Source of the DNA: a virus
Taxonomy: Duplodnaviria; Caudoviricetes
Length of the DNA: 48,392 nucleotides
Direction: 5' to 3' (one strand)
IMG/VR virus record: IMGVR_UViG_3300035042_000091
Coordinates: 1-48,392 of that record
A program made the position numbers and the translations under genes. Every line of letters starts with the position of its first letter. The stretch's first letter is position 1. This document shows, one piece after another, positions 28,646 through 37,588 of this stretch. Under the pieces are notes generated by a model. The model saw only the letters and a list, made by a program, of their open reading frames with translations, did no database searches and was not told where the DNA came from.

Positions 28646-30630
28646 CAGCTGGCCTCCTTAACTTGCTTATCATCTTTTTCTACTTCTTCAACTCTTAACT
28701 TTTCATCTTCAGCACTTACTATTAGACTTATTAGCTGACTTTCTGTATCAATAGGCTCTGTTATACTCTCACGCCCATCTATCCAGATAGGAGCTCTAAA
28801 ACCGTAGTACTCAGAAAGTGTATTGATTATATCCACTCCCACTTTAAACTCTGAACCTGTATTAAGAGTATTCCCAAAAACTGCTCCATCTTCTTTATCC
28901 ATAGCCTCGCAAGTCTCTTTAAGACCGCCGTTTACCTGCTCTTCGAAAAGTTTAAACTCGGTATAATCAAAATGACTATTTATCTTATCTTCAAGTAGAT
29001 CAACTTTTGTTCTAATAAAATCTTCAGTTAAATATAATTCATGTTCTAACTTTTCATACTTCCGGGCCAATTCTTTCTCCTGAGCTGACAGTTCCTCAAT
29101 TCTTTCCTCAGCTTTCTTTTTCTGCTCAAATTTATTCAGTTGAATTTGTAAAATATCAATTTTATCCTCTAATTTTTCAATTTTATCTTCAATATCTTCT
29201 TTAGAAGTATCAGGATTACTTTCAATCTGATCAATAGTTTCCTGAATATTTTCTTTCTCTTTAAGTTTTTTCTTATACTGAAAGCTATCCTTGTAAGCCT
29301 CAGACTTTCCTTCAAGTTCATGAAGTTCCTTAAATAAATCATCCTTAACTTTCTTTAGTCCAGGAACTTGCTCTTCTAGTGATTGAATTTCCTCTTCTAG
29401 CTCAGTTGTTTCACCATTTAATTTCTCAACTTTCTGTTTTTTTTGGATTCCGTTTTGATTAATATTTTCTAATCTCTGAGACTTATCAAGCTTAGCTTTC
29501 TTTACAGCGCCCTCTATTTCATCTTCTGGGAGCTTTTGCCCGCAAGTAGGGCATTTATCTTCTACGTTGACTTCCTCTGAATTTACCTTATTCCAGCTCT
29601 CTCTAAGCTCATTCATTTCACCTTTGATAGTCTCAATTCTTTCTTTTTTATCAGCTAACTTAAGTTTCTTATTAGTAATTTTTCTATCTAAATCAGACAG
29701 CTGGTCCTTTATTTCTTCAATATCCTGCTTAGTTTCTTTAATCTTTTCATCATATTTTTCAGTATGATCATTTTTTATCTGCTGCAGTTCAGTATCCATT
29801 TCTGCAAGCTTCTTTCTCTTCTCAGCAATTTCACCCCCATTCTCAATGCCGGATAATTTTTTATCTAAACTTTTCTTTTTAGATTTAAGTTGCTTAATTT
29901 TATTTTCCAACTCGTCTTCACTTTTATCCGGCAACTCCGGAATGCTATTATTAACTTCATCAATTCGGACTGGTATTTTCTCCAAATCCTTATTTATTTT
30001 TTTCTTTTTAGAAGCTATAACTTTTTGATGTTCATCAATAGTTCTTTCTCCCAAAATATCTTCTAACTGTTTTAAATCGCTGTTTTGGGCTATTACATCT
30101 TCATCAGTTATATCGCCGCAAACATTAAGCAGTATTTCCCGGCGCTCTTCCCAGTGCAGCTGTTCATTAAAATATCTCGGGTCTGTTAATAATCTAAATA
30201 TTTTTTCATCAACAAGTTCATTGATTTTTTCATCATATTCTTTTTTCTTTACAGGGACTCCAGAGATATAATAATCTGTAGTATGGCCTGTAAATTGTTC
30301 TTCTGCAGAACCTCTCTTTTTAGTCCATTTCTCCATATATACTTTTTCCAAAGTAAGTTGGCTGCCACCTATCAAAAAAGTTCCTTTAACCTTATGATCT
30401 AGACCATGAATTACTTCCTTTGTTTTACTATCTTTTGTTTTAATATCAAATTGAGCCTGCCCCCGACTATCTTTATCGAATAAAAGCCATAAAAATGAGT
30501 CAAATAAGGTTGTTTTACCAGCTTTGTTGCGGCCAAAAATATTTATATCCTTTCCGTTTGCATCAAATTCAAACTTTCTTACTCCTTTAAAATTCTTTAA
30601 TTCCAAACTTAGAAGTTTTAACTCTTTCAT
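28645..30630 (-). CDS. Rad50/SbcC-like coiled-coil ATPase
   Basis: GRNKAGKTT Walker A, CPTC zinc hook, PIWID..E Walker B; AGGAGG SD before the ATG at 30630. Confidence 0.88.
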   Translation of the reverse strand: MKELKLLSLELKNFKGVRKFEFDANGKDINIFGRNKAGKTTLFDSFLWLLFDKDSRGQAQFDIKTKDSKTKEVIHGLDHKVKGTFLIGGSQLTLEKVYMEKWTKKRGSAEEQFTGHTTDYYISGVPVKKKEYDEKINELVDEKIFRLLTDPRYFNEQLHWEERREILLNVCGDITDEDVIAQNSDLKQLEDILGERTIDEHQKVIASKKKKINKDLEKIPVRIDEVNNSIPELPDKSEDELENKIKQLKSKKKSLDKKLSGIENGGEIAEKRKKLAEMDTELQQIKNDHTEKYDEKIKETKQDIEEIKDQLSDLDRKITNKKLKLADKKERIETIKGEMNELRESWNKVNSEEVNVEDKCPTCGQKLPEDEIEGAVKKAKLDKSQRLENINQNGIQKKQKVEKLNGETTELEEEIQSLEEQVPGLKKVKDDLFKELHELEGKSEAYKDSFQYKKKLKEKENIQETIDQIESNPDTSKEDIEDKIEKLEDKIDILQIQLNKFEQKKKAEERIEELSAQEKELARKYEKLEHELYLTEDFIRTKVDLLEDKINSHFDYTEFKLFEEQVNGGLKETCEAMDKEDGAVFGNTLNTGSEFKVGVDIINTLSEYYGFRAPIWIDGRESITEPIDTESQLISLIVSAEDEKLRVEEVEKDDKQVKEAS

Positions 30631-31057
30631 TTTTATCCTCCTTTTGTCTTTGCCAGTCTTTCCATTCGACATAATCCATCATTTCTTTATCCTCCACATT
30701 TTCTTTAAGCCAGACAAGTGAATCTATCATTATAACCACCTATCCAGGTTGTTAATGTTTCTCTTTTTTGATATATTATAGTTAGAGTGTTTAATTTTAT
30801 CTCGCTCAGCTGATTTGCCCTCAGTTGAGTTTTTTCTATTTTCTTTCCACATTTTTCTCACATCCTTAAAAAAATCTATCGACATTTTCAAAACAGCTAT
30901 CGGTAAAATCACATACATAAAAACATTTACCAAACAAACATATATCTCCATCCTCAACCTCCCAGTGCTATGATTACCAGTGACAATAGAACCCATATCG
31001 CAACAACTGCTCCTGCAGCTTTTAACATGATTTTGAAAGTTAATTCGCTGAACATTA

Positions 31058-31252
31058 CTATCCCTCCATTTTCATAATTCGCTTAGCTTCTTTTTCATCT
31101 TCTCTGTCTAGTTTCTGCAATAACAATTCAATTTTCTTAATTTCTTTTTTTACATAATCATCTTTATGTTTTCTTGATTTCAGTTTAGCCAGTCTCATCT
31201 GTAATGAACTCTTAATAGTCATTTCCTCAGATACACTAATATCTATTTTCAA
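31058..31252 (-). CDS. Hypothetical basic protein
   Basis: GGAGG SD. Confidence 0.5.
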   Translation of the reverse strand: MKIDISVSEEMTIKSSLQMRLAKLKSRKHKDDYVKKEIKKIELLLQKLDREDEKEAKRIMKMEG

Positions 31253-31422
31253 TTGTTTTTCCTCCTCAGTCAGTCATCTCCTTAAATGAAATCCTATCTG
31301 CATATTTCCCTTCTATATACCCGACATCAGTCTCGCTGATCACTTCCTCATTATCATTAATTTGAACTGCTACAATTCTCATTAAACTACCAACTTCATG
31401 TGGTTTCAGCTTAAATGTAAAT

Positions 31423-31608
31423 TTAATTGCTCCCCCTCCTAATTTTAGTAAAAGTTTCTTCATAAAGTTCAAAATACAGTTGAGCATTTTCATCTTTTCT
31501 ACATTCAAGTGGATCATTACTGCAAGAATCTGGGTTTTCTGTACAATCTCTACAAAGTGTATAGTTTTTTTCTTCTTTTGTTTTATTGTAACTACCCATT
31601 ATATTCAC
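31423..31608 (-). CDS. Small Cys-rich protein
   Basis: CRDC..C..C pattern; coupled. Confidence 0.45.
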   Translation of the reverse strand: MNIMGSYNKTKEEKNYTLCRDCTENPDSCSNDPLECRKDENAQLYFELYEETFTKIRRGSN

Positions 31609-32119
31609 ACTCTTCTAAGTATCCTCTGGATCTATACTTCTCATAACATCTTCGATTCCTGGCATCTAAATCAGCTCCAAGTTCAGCTGCAGCTATATCT
31701 AGCATGTCACATACATGATTAGCATCCTCAATTTCATCCAGCATCTTTTCAAATTTTTCATCCTGTTCAGCAGTTAAATCAGCTTTTGAGTTAATGTTAT
31801 AAGCAAAATCCATAACTTGCTCAATACTTTCTATCGCTTCTTTGAATTCTTCAATCGCCTTAAGTCCTGACTTATAAAATTCTAAATGAGCTTTATCAAA
31901 AACAATATTTGATGATGTAGTTCCATAAAACTTAATTCTTAACACTGGATCACTTAGGTAACTAACAAGCCTTCTTTTAATGTCATTTGGTACATCAACA
32001 TGATTGTTAATGTATTTAGAAAGCATTGTCCTATCGACACCAACTTGTCTTGAAACCTGCTTCTGAGTTAACCCCTTGCTTGACATTGCCTCTCTGATTG
32101 CATCTCCTAAAGTCCTCAT
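31592..32119 (-). CDS. XRE-family HTH regulator
   Basis: LTQKQVS..VGVDRTMLSKY; AGGAGG SD before MRTLG. Confidence 0.8.
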   Translation of the reverse strand: MRTLGDAIREAMSSKGLTQKQVSRQVGVDRTMLSKYINNHVDVPNDIKRRLVSYLSDPVLRIKFYGTTSSNIVFDKAHLEFYKSGLKAIEEFKEAIESIEQVMDFAYNINSKADLTAEQDEKFEKMLDEIEDANHVCDMLDIAAAELGADLDARNRRCYEKYRSRGYLEECEYNG

Positions 32120-32235
32120 AATTTTCCTCCTTTGTAGTTTTTTATTCACAAAATTAAGTTAATTATTTTAATACTGCCATATATAATTAACTTAAAGATA
32201 AAGCCCTCCACCAATTAGCTCGGCGAACCCCCTTC

Positions 32236-32430
32236 CTAACCTGCAGCTGATTGTTTGTATTCTCCCTCTTGCTTCTCCTTAGCTTTGATACGGTTATAAA
32301 TTATCTCTGCCAGCGGCCGGTTAAGTTCCTCCCTGGTAATGTCTGGCACTTCATCTGTAATCTCTTCCTTGATAACCTCTCCGGTTTCCCGGTCATGAGT
32401 AACACATTTAATTCTTAGCAATAGATTCAC
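32236..32430 (-). CDS. Hypothetical protein
   Basis: GGAGG SD; early operon. Confidence 0.5.
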   Translation of the reverse strand: MNLLLRIKCVTHDRETGEVIKEEITDEVPDITREELNRPLAEIIYNRIKAKEKQEGEYKQSAAG

Positions 32431-32433
32431 CTC

Positions 32434-33207
32434 CTAAGCTGAATATTTAATAGACATTTTTTCTATAATAGATTTATATATTTCTCTTAATCTTTGATCT
32501 TCACCAATAACATCAAGTTTATTAGCTTTATTAATTTGAGTTTCACTTGCTCCAGCTTCTTTTAACCTCTGTTTTAAATTGTTGAGTCTGACATCTAATC
32601 TGCAACGTCCTCTGTTTTCTAAAATAGTGTAGCTCATTCTTCTTGCTTCTTGATATTTTTCTCCCATCTGATAACCAATTCTATTAAGCTGCTTGTTAGC
32701 CCAATCTCTCCAATCCTGATCAGTATGAATGATATTATCTTTAATATTTTCAGCAATTTGTTTAGCTTCACTTGCTTCTTTTTGAGCTAATTCAATCTGA
32801 TCAATCATCTGTCGCATTAAGTCAAATTCATTTTTAGGCTGCTGAACAATTTCTTTAGCTCTAAAATAATTTTTGATTAACTTTCGCTGTACTTCCCAGG
32901 CAAGATCATCTTGAAGAGTTTTTACTATCAATAAATAGCCAGACTCAGTTATTAAAATTAGATTTCTAACTTTAGAAGGATTTGTGCCGATGTTATACGT
33001 CGTCGCAAAATCATATGCTTCAGAACCTTTTAATTCAAAATAATCTTCTCCTTCAATAAAATATTCTCTGTTATCTCTAAAGTTTCTACCTGCGGTTCCG
33101 CTGACTCTTTCATGGACTGTATCAATTTCTCTAAAAGTGACAATTCTTTTATCATTAAATTTTTTTACTTTTAAATTATGATTGTTTATATTAATAACTT
33201 CTCCCAT
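32434..33207 (-). CDS. Antirepressor-like protein (ORF6N domain)
   Basis: VTF.EID.VH.R..GTA.RNF and ESGYL.IVK...DDLAW.VQR motifs. Confidence 0.85.
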   Translation of the reverse strand: MGEVININNHNLKVKKFNDKRIVTFREIDTVHERVSGTAGRNFRDNREYFIEGEDYFELKGSEAYDFATTYNIGTNPSKVRNLILITESGYLLIVKTLQDDLAWEVQRKLIKNYFRAKEIVQQPKNEFDLMRQMIDQIELAQKEASEAKQIAENIKDNIIHTDQDWRDWANKQLNRIGYQMGEKYQEARRMSYTILENRGRCRLDVRLNNLKQRLKEAGASETQINKANKLDVIGEDQRLREIYKSIIEKMSIKYSA

Positions 33208-33221
33208 AATTAACCTCCTTT

Positions 33222-33449
33222 TTATGCTGTCTGTTCCTTTTTGGCAACTTCATTATAAAAAAATAATTCATCAATAGTGACATTAAAATGATCAGCTATA
33301 TCTTTAGCCTCTGGCAGTGTAAATGGGGTCCTCCCGTTAATCTTTCTGCTGAAAGTGTTAGGAGCCACATCTATTAAATTAGCGATATCAGCATGAGTCA
33401 TTTCATTTTGAGCAATCAAACCTTTTAATTTATTTAATTTAGCTTCCAT
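33222..33449 (-). CDS. Cro-like HTH repressor
   Basis: GGAGGTG SD before MEAKLNK; HTH; divergent from the repressor gene. Confidence 0.85.
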   Translation of the reverse strand: MEAKLNKLKGLIAQNEMTHADIANLIDVAPNTFSRKINGRTPFTLPEAKDIADHFNVTIDELFFYNEVAKKEQTA

Positions 33450-33492
33450 AATTACACCTCCTTTTGTTCCCGATTGACAACTACTAATTAAT

Positions 33493-33521
33493 ATTATAGA
33501 GTACATTTGGCAACTTGTCAA
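33493..33521 (-). promoter_or_regulatory. Early lytic promoter (consensus sigmaA)
   Basis: TTGACA (33521-33516), 17-bp spacer, TATAAT (33498-33493). Confidence 0.88.
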
Positions 33522-33582
33522 CACTTTTTTAAAGTTTTTTTATAAATTTGGCAACTTTATTTATTAATTCGGCTGTTTTGTG

Positions 33583-33588
33583 TATAAT
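33583..33588 (+). promoter_or_regulatory. -10 box of the repressor promoter
   Basis: TATAAT upstream of the AGGAGG SD; no consensus -35. Confidence 0.55.
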
Positions 33589-33611
33589 AATGGTGTTAGG
33601 AGGTAGTCTAA

Positions 33612-34016
33612 TTGGTAACTTTTGCAGAAAGACTTAAACAACTTAGAAAAGAAAATGGGATAACAATGGAGGATTTAGCCGAAGAAATTGGAACTACAAA
33701 ATCTACAATTTCTAGATATGAAAATAATAAAAGAGAACCCAAAAAACATTTTATAGAAAAAACTGCTGAATATTTTAATGTATCTACAGATTATCTTCTT
33801 GGTCTAAAAAATGAAAAATCATCAGCCGATAAAATTAAAAAAGCTATCTCTGATGATCCAGAACTCCATGATGTTTGGGATAAGATATCCAAAAGAGAAA
33901 ACCTTCAACTGCTGTTTAAGCAGACTAAGAATTTAGATGATAGTTCAATTAGACAAATAATTAGAATTATTAAAGCTATTGAAGAAGATGAGGAAAAAAG
34001 ATACAATGGTGGATAG
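33612..34016 (+). CDS. Immunity repressor (ImmR/CI-like XRE HTH)
   Basis: RLKQLR...STISRYE...VSTDYLLG; no S24 peptidase domain visible. Confidence 0.9.
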   Translation: MVTFAERLKQLRKENGITMEDLAEEIGTTKSTISRYENNKREPKKHFIEKTAEYFNVSTDYLLGLKNEKSSADKIKKAISDDPELHDVWDKISKRENLQLLFKQTKNLDDSSIRQIIRIIKAIEEDEEKRYNGG

Positions 34017-34027
34017 GAGGGGCCAGT

Positions 34028-34360
34028 ATGAAAGAGAAAAAGAATCGTACTGCTCTCCAGCGTACATATATAAATTACCAGGAGTGGGCTAGATCTAATA
34101 ATATCTATCAAAGTTTTATACCATTAAGTCCAGAGGTTTACGGATTCGTTTACCTCTCTTCTTATGATAATTACTTTATAATTATCAATCAAAATCTCAC
34201 TCTGGAGCTGCAAAAGGAGGTGTATTTGCACGAAGTAGAGCACATAATGTATGATATGCCGGAGGATGGCTATGTTATTGGCTTAGATATGCAGTACAGT
34301 CAAATGGAAAAAGCAGCAGACAATTTCGTAAAAGAGATTATTAATAATTTTTTTACTTAA
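34028..34360 (+). CDS. ImmA/IrrE-family metallopeptidase (anti-repressor)
   Basis: IIIN..L...HEVEH (HEXXH)...E..AD; adjacent to the repressor. Confidence 0.8.
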   Translation: MKEKKNRTALQRTYINYQEWARSNNIYQSFIPLSPEVYGFVYLSSYDNYFIIINQNLTLELQKEVYLHEVEHIMYDMPEDGYVIGLDMQYSQMEKAADNFVKEIINNFFT

Positions 34361-34364
34361 AACA

Positions 34365-34378
34365 CGAACATACATTCG
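34365..34378. promoter_or_regulatory. LexA/DinR (Cheo) box-like site
   Basis: CGAACATACATTCG, one mismatch from CGAAC-N4-GTTCG. Confidence 0.5.
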
Positions 34379-34382
34379 ACAA

Positions 34383-35309
34383 ATGTCGATAAAATACAAC
34401 ATCAGAGGTGATTTTGTGAGTAATAAGCTACTAAATGATAACAATGGGGAAAATAGCAACAGATTAAAAAAGTTATTTATAGTTATTTTGACAGTGCTCT
34501 TTCCTTTTATAGGTATATTTTTCATTTTTAAATCAGGGTATTTTAATAAAAAAGGAAAAACAGCAGCAACAATTTGGTTAGGAGTTATCCTTTTAGGTTT
34601 ATTTTTTTCACCTGGTCAGGAACAAAACATTGCCAGTAATTCAAATCAAGCAAAGCAATCCGAAGAAGTTGATCAAGAAAATAATGAAATTAACTCAGAA
34701 GAGCAATCATTATTAAATGAAATTTTGGAGGGTGATAATGAAATGACTAAAAAAGATAAAGCAAATTATAAAGCAATAAGAGATTTCATTGATAATAATA
34801 AAAGTTTAGGTAAATTTACTTATTTTGAAAAGAAAGAGCCGTGGATGCATGGCGATAGATATTCAGTTTCAACAAAAGAAGACACTTTTTTGTTTTATTT
34901 ATATAATGAAGAAAATAAAGTTGTTAGTGTGAATGTAAAAGATCAGAATGGTAATATACAAAATATTTACAGAGAGGAAGTTCCAAATCTTCCTGATAAC
35001 TTTAAAAGAAAAGCCACTGAAGAAGTGCCTGAATATATAATAATAGACCAGTTTGACTTAATGTCTGGAGGAAGGCATGGAGATATATTGATTAAATCTT
35101 TTTCAAAAGAAACCCCTTTAGATAAAAGAGAAAAGGTTATTAAAAAGATAATAGAAAAAGAGAACTTTACACAAGCTGATTTATATTGTACTCGAGAAGC
35201 GTTTGAAGCTAATATGAACTCCAGTTATAGCGAATCTCATCCAAACGCTTTAGAAAATGGTTACTTAGGAAGTGTAAGAGATAATAAATTTTCTGCTCCT
35301 TATAATTAA
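34383..35309 (+). CDS. Membrane-anchored accessory protein (start possibly GTG 34416)
   Basis: Two N-terminal hydrophobic helices, a Q/E/N linker and a soluble domain; AT-rich; has its own terminator. Confidence 0.7.
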   Translation: MSIKYNIRGDFVSNKLLNDNNGENSNRLKKLFIVILTVLFPFIGIFFIFKSGYFNKKGKTAATIWLGVILLGLFFSPGQEQNIASNSNQAKQSEEVDQENNEINSEEQSLLNEILEGDNEMTKKDKANYKAIRDFIDNNKSLGKFTYFEKKEPWMHGDRYSVSTKEDTFLFYLYNEENKVVSVNVKDQNGNIQNIYREEVPNLPDNFKRKATEEVPEYIIIDQFDLMSGGRHGDILIKSFSKETPLDKREKVIKKIIEKENFTQADLYCTREAFEANMNSSYSESHPNALENGYLGSVRDNKFSAPYN

Positions 35310-35313
35310 TATT

Positions 35314-35336
35314 AGCCCTTCGGGGCTTCTCTTTTT
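35314..35336 (+). terminator. Intrinsic terminator
   Basis: AGCCC-TTCG-GGGCT followed by TCTCTTTTT. Confidence 0.75.
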
Positions 35337-35446
35337 ACACAAATACCGAACAAATGTATATAAATAATCACATATTTGTTCTATTAAGTGAAAACATTAC
35401 TACTAATTATATAAAAATGTGAACTAATATTTTTGGAGGGTTTATA

Positions 35447-37003
35447 ATGAATAATACAACTGCAGCAATTTATGCACGTTTCAGTTCTAATAACCAGAGA
35501 GAGGAATCACTTGACGCTCAAATTAGAGCAGCCAAAGAATTTGCAAAAGATAATGATCTGAAAATAACTAAAATCTATACTGATAAAGCCCAATCTGCTA
35601 CCACTTCTGATCGCCCAGGCTTTTTAGAAATGATAAAAGACAGCCAGGATGATCTATTTGACAAGGTGATAGTGCATAAGCTTGACCGCTTTGCCAGAAA
35701 TAGATATGATTCAGCTGTATTCAAAAGGAAGCTCAGAGAAAATGAAGTTGAATTAATATCTGTCTTAGAAAACTTTGATGATAGTCCGGAAAGTATTATC
35801 CTGGAGTCGGTACTGGAAGGAATGAATGAGTATTATTCTGCCAACCTGGCAAGAGAAGTTAGCAAAGGGATGAAAGAAAATGCCATGCAGTGCAAGCATA
35901 ATGGCGGTTTAGCGCCTTTAGGGTTTGATGTGGCTGATGATAAGACATATAAGATTAATGAAGAGGATGCAGCTAAAGTCAGGCTTATCTTCAGAATGTA
36001 TGCTGCAGGTAATGGCTACGGTCCAATCCTCAAAAAACTTAAAGAGAAAAACTATAAAACTCAAACAGGTAGAAACTTTAGTAAACCAAGCTTACATGAT
36101 ATTTTAAGAAATGAAAAATACAGAGGTGTCTATGTATTCAATAGATCAGCCAGCAAAAAAGCTGGCAAAAGAAATCATCATAAGTCTAAGCCAGAGGAAG
36201 AGATTATTAGGATTGAAGGAGGGATGCCGAGAATAGTATCAGACAAAACATGGAGGAGGGTGCAGAGAAGAATGGATGAAAACAAAAAAGGACCAGGGGC
36301 CCACAGTGCTAAAGAAATATACTTGCTTTCAGGATTGATTGAGTGCGGAAAGTGTGGTGGTTCAATGGTAGGTAATCGTAGAATAGCTGGTAGAGATAGA
36401 ACCGTATATATGTCCTACGAATGCTCTACCAGAAAACGGACTAAGGAATGCGACATGAAGTCTATCACTAAGGAGCATGTGGAAGAGATTGTTCTTGATG
36501 ATATGGTTGAGGCCATGTTTTCTGCTGCTAAGATTGATCAACTGGCAAAAGATGTCTATAACTTTGCCAAGCAAGAAAATGAGGAAATCAATGCAGATAT
36601 AAAAAGATTTGAGAAACAGCTTAAAAATATTAATTCTAAAATTGATAATTTAACTGAAGCAGTTGCAGCTGGACTTTTCCAGCCATCTATGAAGGAAAAG
36701 TTAAATAAATTAGAAAGTGAGAAGTCTGATCTGGGATTAATGTTAAATGAAGCAAAGCTGCAGGCAGAAAAAAATCTGCCCACTAAAAGTGAAATAAAGG
36801 CAGAGCTGAAAGGTTATAGAAATATAAAAAACGAAAGTCTCAAAGCCCAAAGAAAGGCTATAAAAACTTTCGTAAAGAGTGTAATTATCTATGAAAACAA
36901 TATAAAAGTTAATTATATTGTGGATTTGACTGGTGGAGGTGGTCCGTACCTTACCCAATCCACAATTAGTTTAGCAAATTACCGGAGAAATGTCAATAAA
37001 TAA
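35447..37003 (+). CDS. Large serine recombinase (integrase)
   Basis: YARFSS catalytic motif, DRFARN, recombinase domain, CGKCG..C..C zinc ribbon and coiled coil. Confidence 0.96.
   Translation: MNNTTAAIYARFSSNNQREESLDAQIRAAKEFAKDNDLKITKIYTDKAQSATTSDRPGFLEMIKDSQDDLFDKVIVHKLDRFARNRYDSAVFKRKLRENEVELISVLENFDDSPESIILESVLEGMNEYYSANLAREVSKGMKENAMQCKHNGGLAPLGFDVADDKTYKINEEDAAKVRLIFRMYAAGNGYGPILKKLKEKNYKTQTGRNFSKPSLHDILRNEKYRGVYVFNRSASKKAGKRNHHKSKPEEEIIRIEGGMPRIVSDKTWRRVQRRMDENKKGPGAHSAKEIYLLSGLIECGKCGGSMVGNRRIAGRDRTVYMSYECSTRKRTKECDMKSITKEHVEEIVLDDMVEAMFSAAKIDQLAKDVYNFAKQENEEINADIKRFEKQLKNINSKIDNLTEAVAAGLFQPSMKEKLNKLESEKSDLGLMLNEAKLQAEKNLPTKSEIKAELKGYRNIKNESLKAQRKAIKTFVKSVIIYENNIKVNYIVDLTGGGGPYLTQSTISLANYRRNVNK
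36917..36966. other. Putative attP within the integrase 3' end
   Basis: Perfect 10-bp inverted repeat ATTGTGGATT / AATCCACAAT bounding 50 bp with central GG at 36941-36942; left arm is the reverse complement of CCACCTCCACCA. Confidence 0.7.
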
Positions 37004-37026
37004 AAAATCTCTACATTATATATAGT

Positions 37027-37053
37027 AAAAACCCCAGGCAAAAACCCGGGGTT
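37027..37053 (-). terminator. Terminator between the convergent integrase and late operon
   Basis: Minus strand AACCCCGGG-TTTTTG-CCTGGGGTT-TTT. Confidence 0.7.
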
Positions 37054-37062
37054 AAATAGTTT

Positions 37063-37131
37063 TTATTTTCTTTTCTTGATCCATCCCCAAATTACAAAAG
37101 GAATAAATGCAATTGCGGCTAACCACTCCAT
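37063..37131 (-). CDS. 22-aa hydrophobic mini-protein (not in ORF track)
   Basis: GGAGGTGG SD; MEWLAAIAFIPFVIWGWIKKRK*. Confidence 0.55.
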   Translation of the reverse strand: MEWLAAIAFIPFVIWGWIKKRK

Positions 37132-37141
37132 AAGCCACCTC

Positions 37142-37588
37142 CTAAAATTGAAAATCAAATCCAAGTATTACTCCACTATTCTCTATATTAGCAGGGACCA
37201 CATTGACCCCTGTTATTATTCCAATGTTCTTTTTATTTAATATGTCATCTATCATTTGCTTTTGAGTATCAATTAAATCTTGTAATCTGTTATTAGAATC
37301 TATTAATTTTCGATTATTTTCCTCAGCTGATTTATATAATTGCCTGTATTCCTCAACATCTTTCTCTGACTGATTATATAATTTCTTATATTCAGTTACA
37401 TCGCGCTCGGCTTCTTCATATAGCTTTTTGTACTTCTGGGCAATATCATACATATCACGATAATCTTCCAGGAGCTGATCATATTCTTCCGGAGGATCTA
37501 ACTCCTGAGCATTGACATTAACAGCTATAGGCAGCAGCAAAATCATTACTATTATAATGTAGATTAATTTTTTTCTAATAGTGATCAC
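37142..37588 (-). CDS. Secreted coiled-coil lysis-cassette protein (o-spanin-like position)
   Basis: Signal peptide ending VNA-QE, 14-aa repeats, C-terminal GFDFQF; no Cys. Confidence 0.6.
   Translation of the reverse strand: MITIRKKLIYIIIVMILLLPIAVNVNAQELDPPEEYDQLLEDYRDMYDIAQKYKKLYEEAERDVTEYKKLYNQSEKDVEEYRQLYKSAEENNRKLIDSNNRLQDLIDTQKQMIDDILNKKNIGIITGVNVVPANIENSGVILGFDFQF

Larger units (their letters stand above)
33241..33620. promoter_or_regulatory. Putative operator array TTG(G/A)(C/T)AACT
   Basis: Copies at 33241, 33474, 33507, 33548 and 33612. Confidence 0.65.

Noticed and set aside
36931-36942. tRNA or tmRNA gene
   Set aside because: Only a 12-nt 3'-end match; there is no T-arm or rest of the gene.
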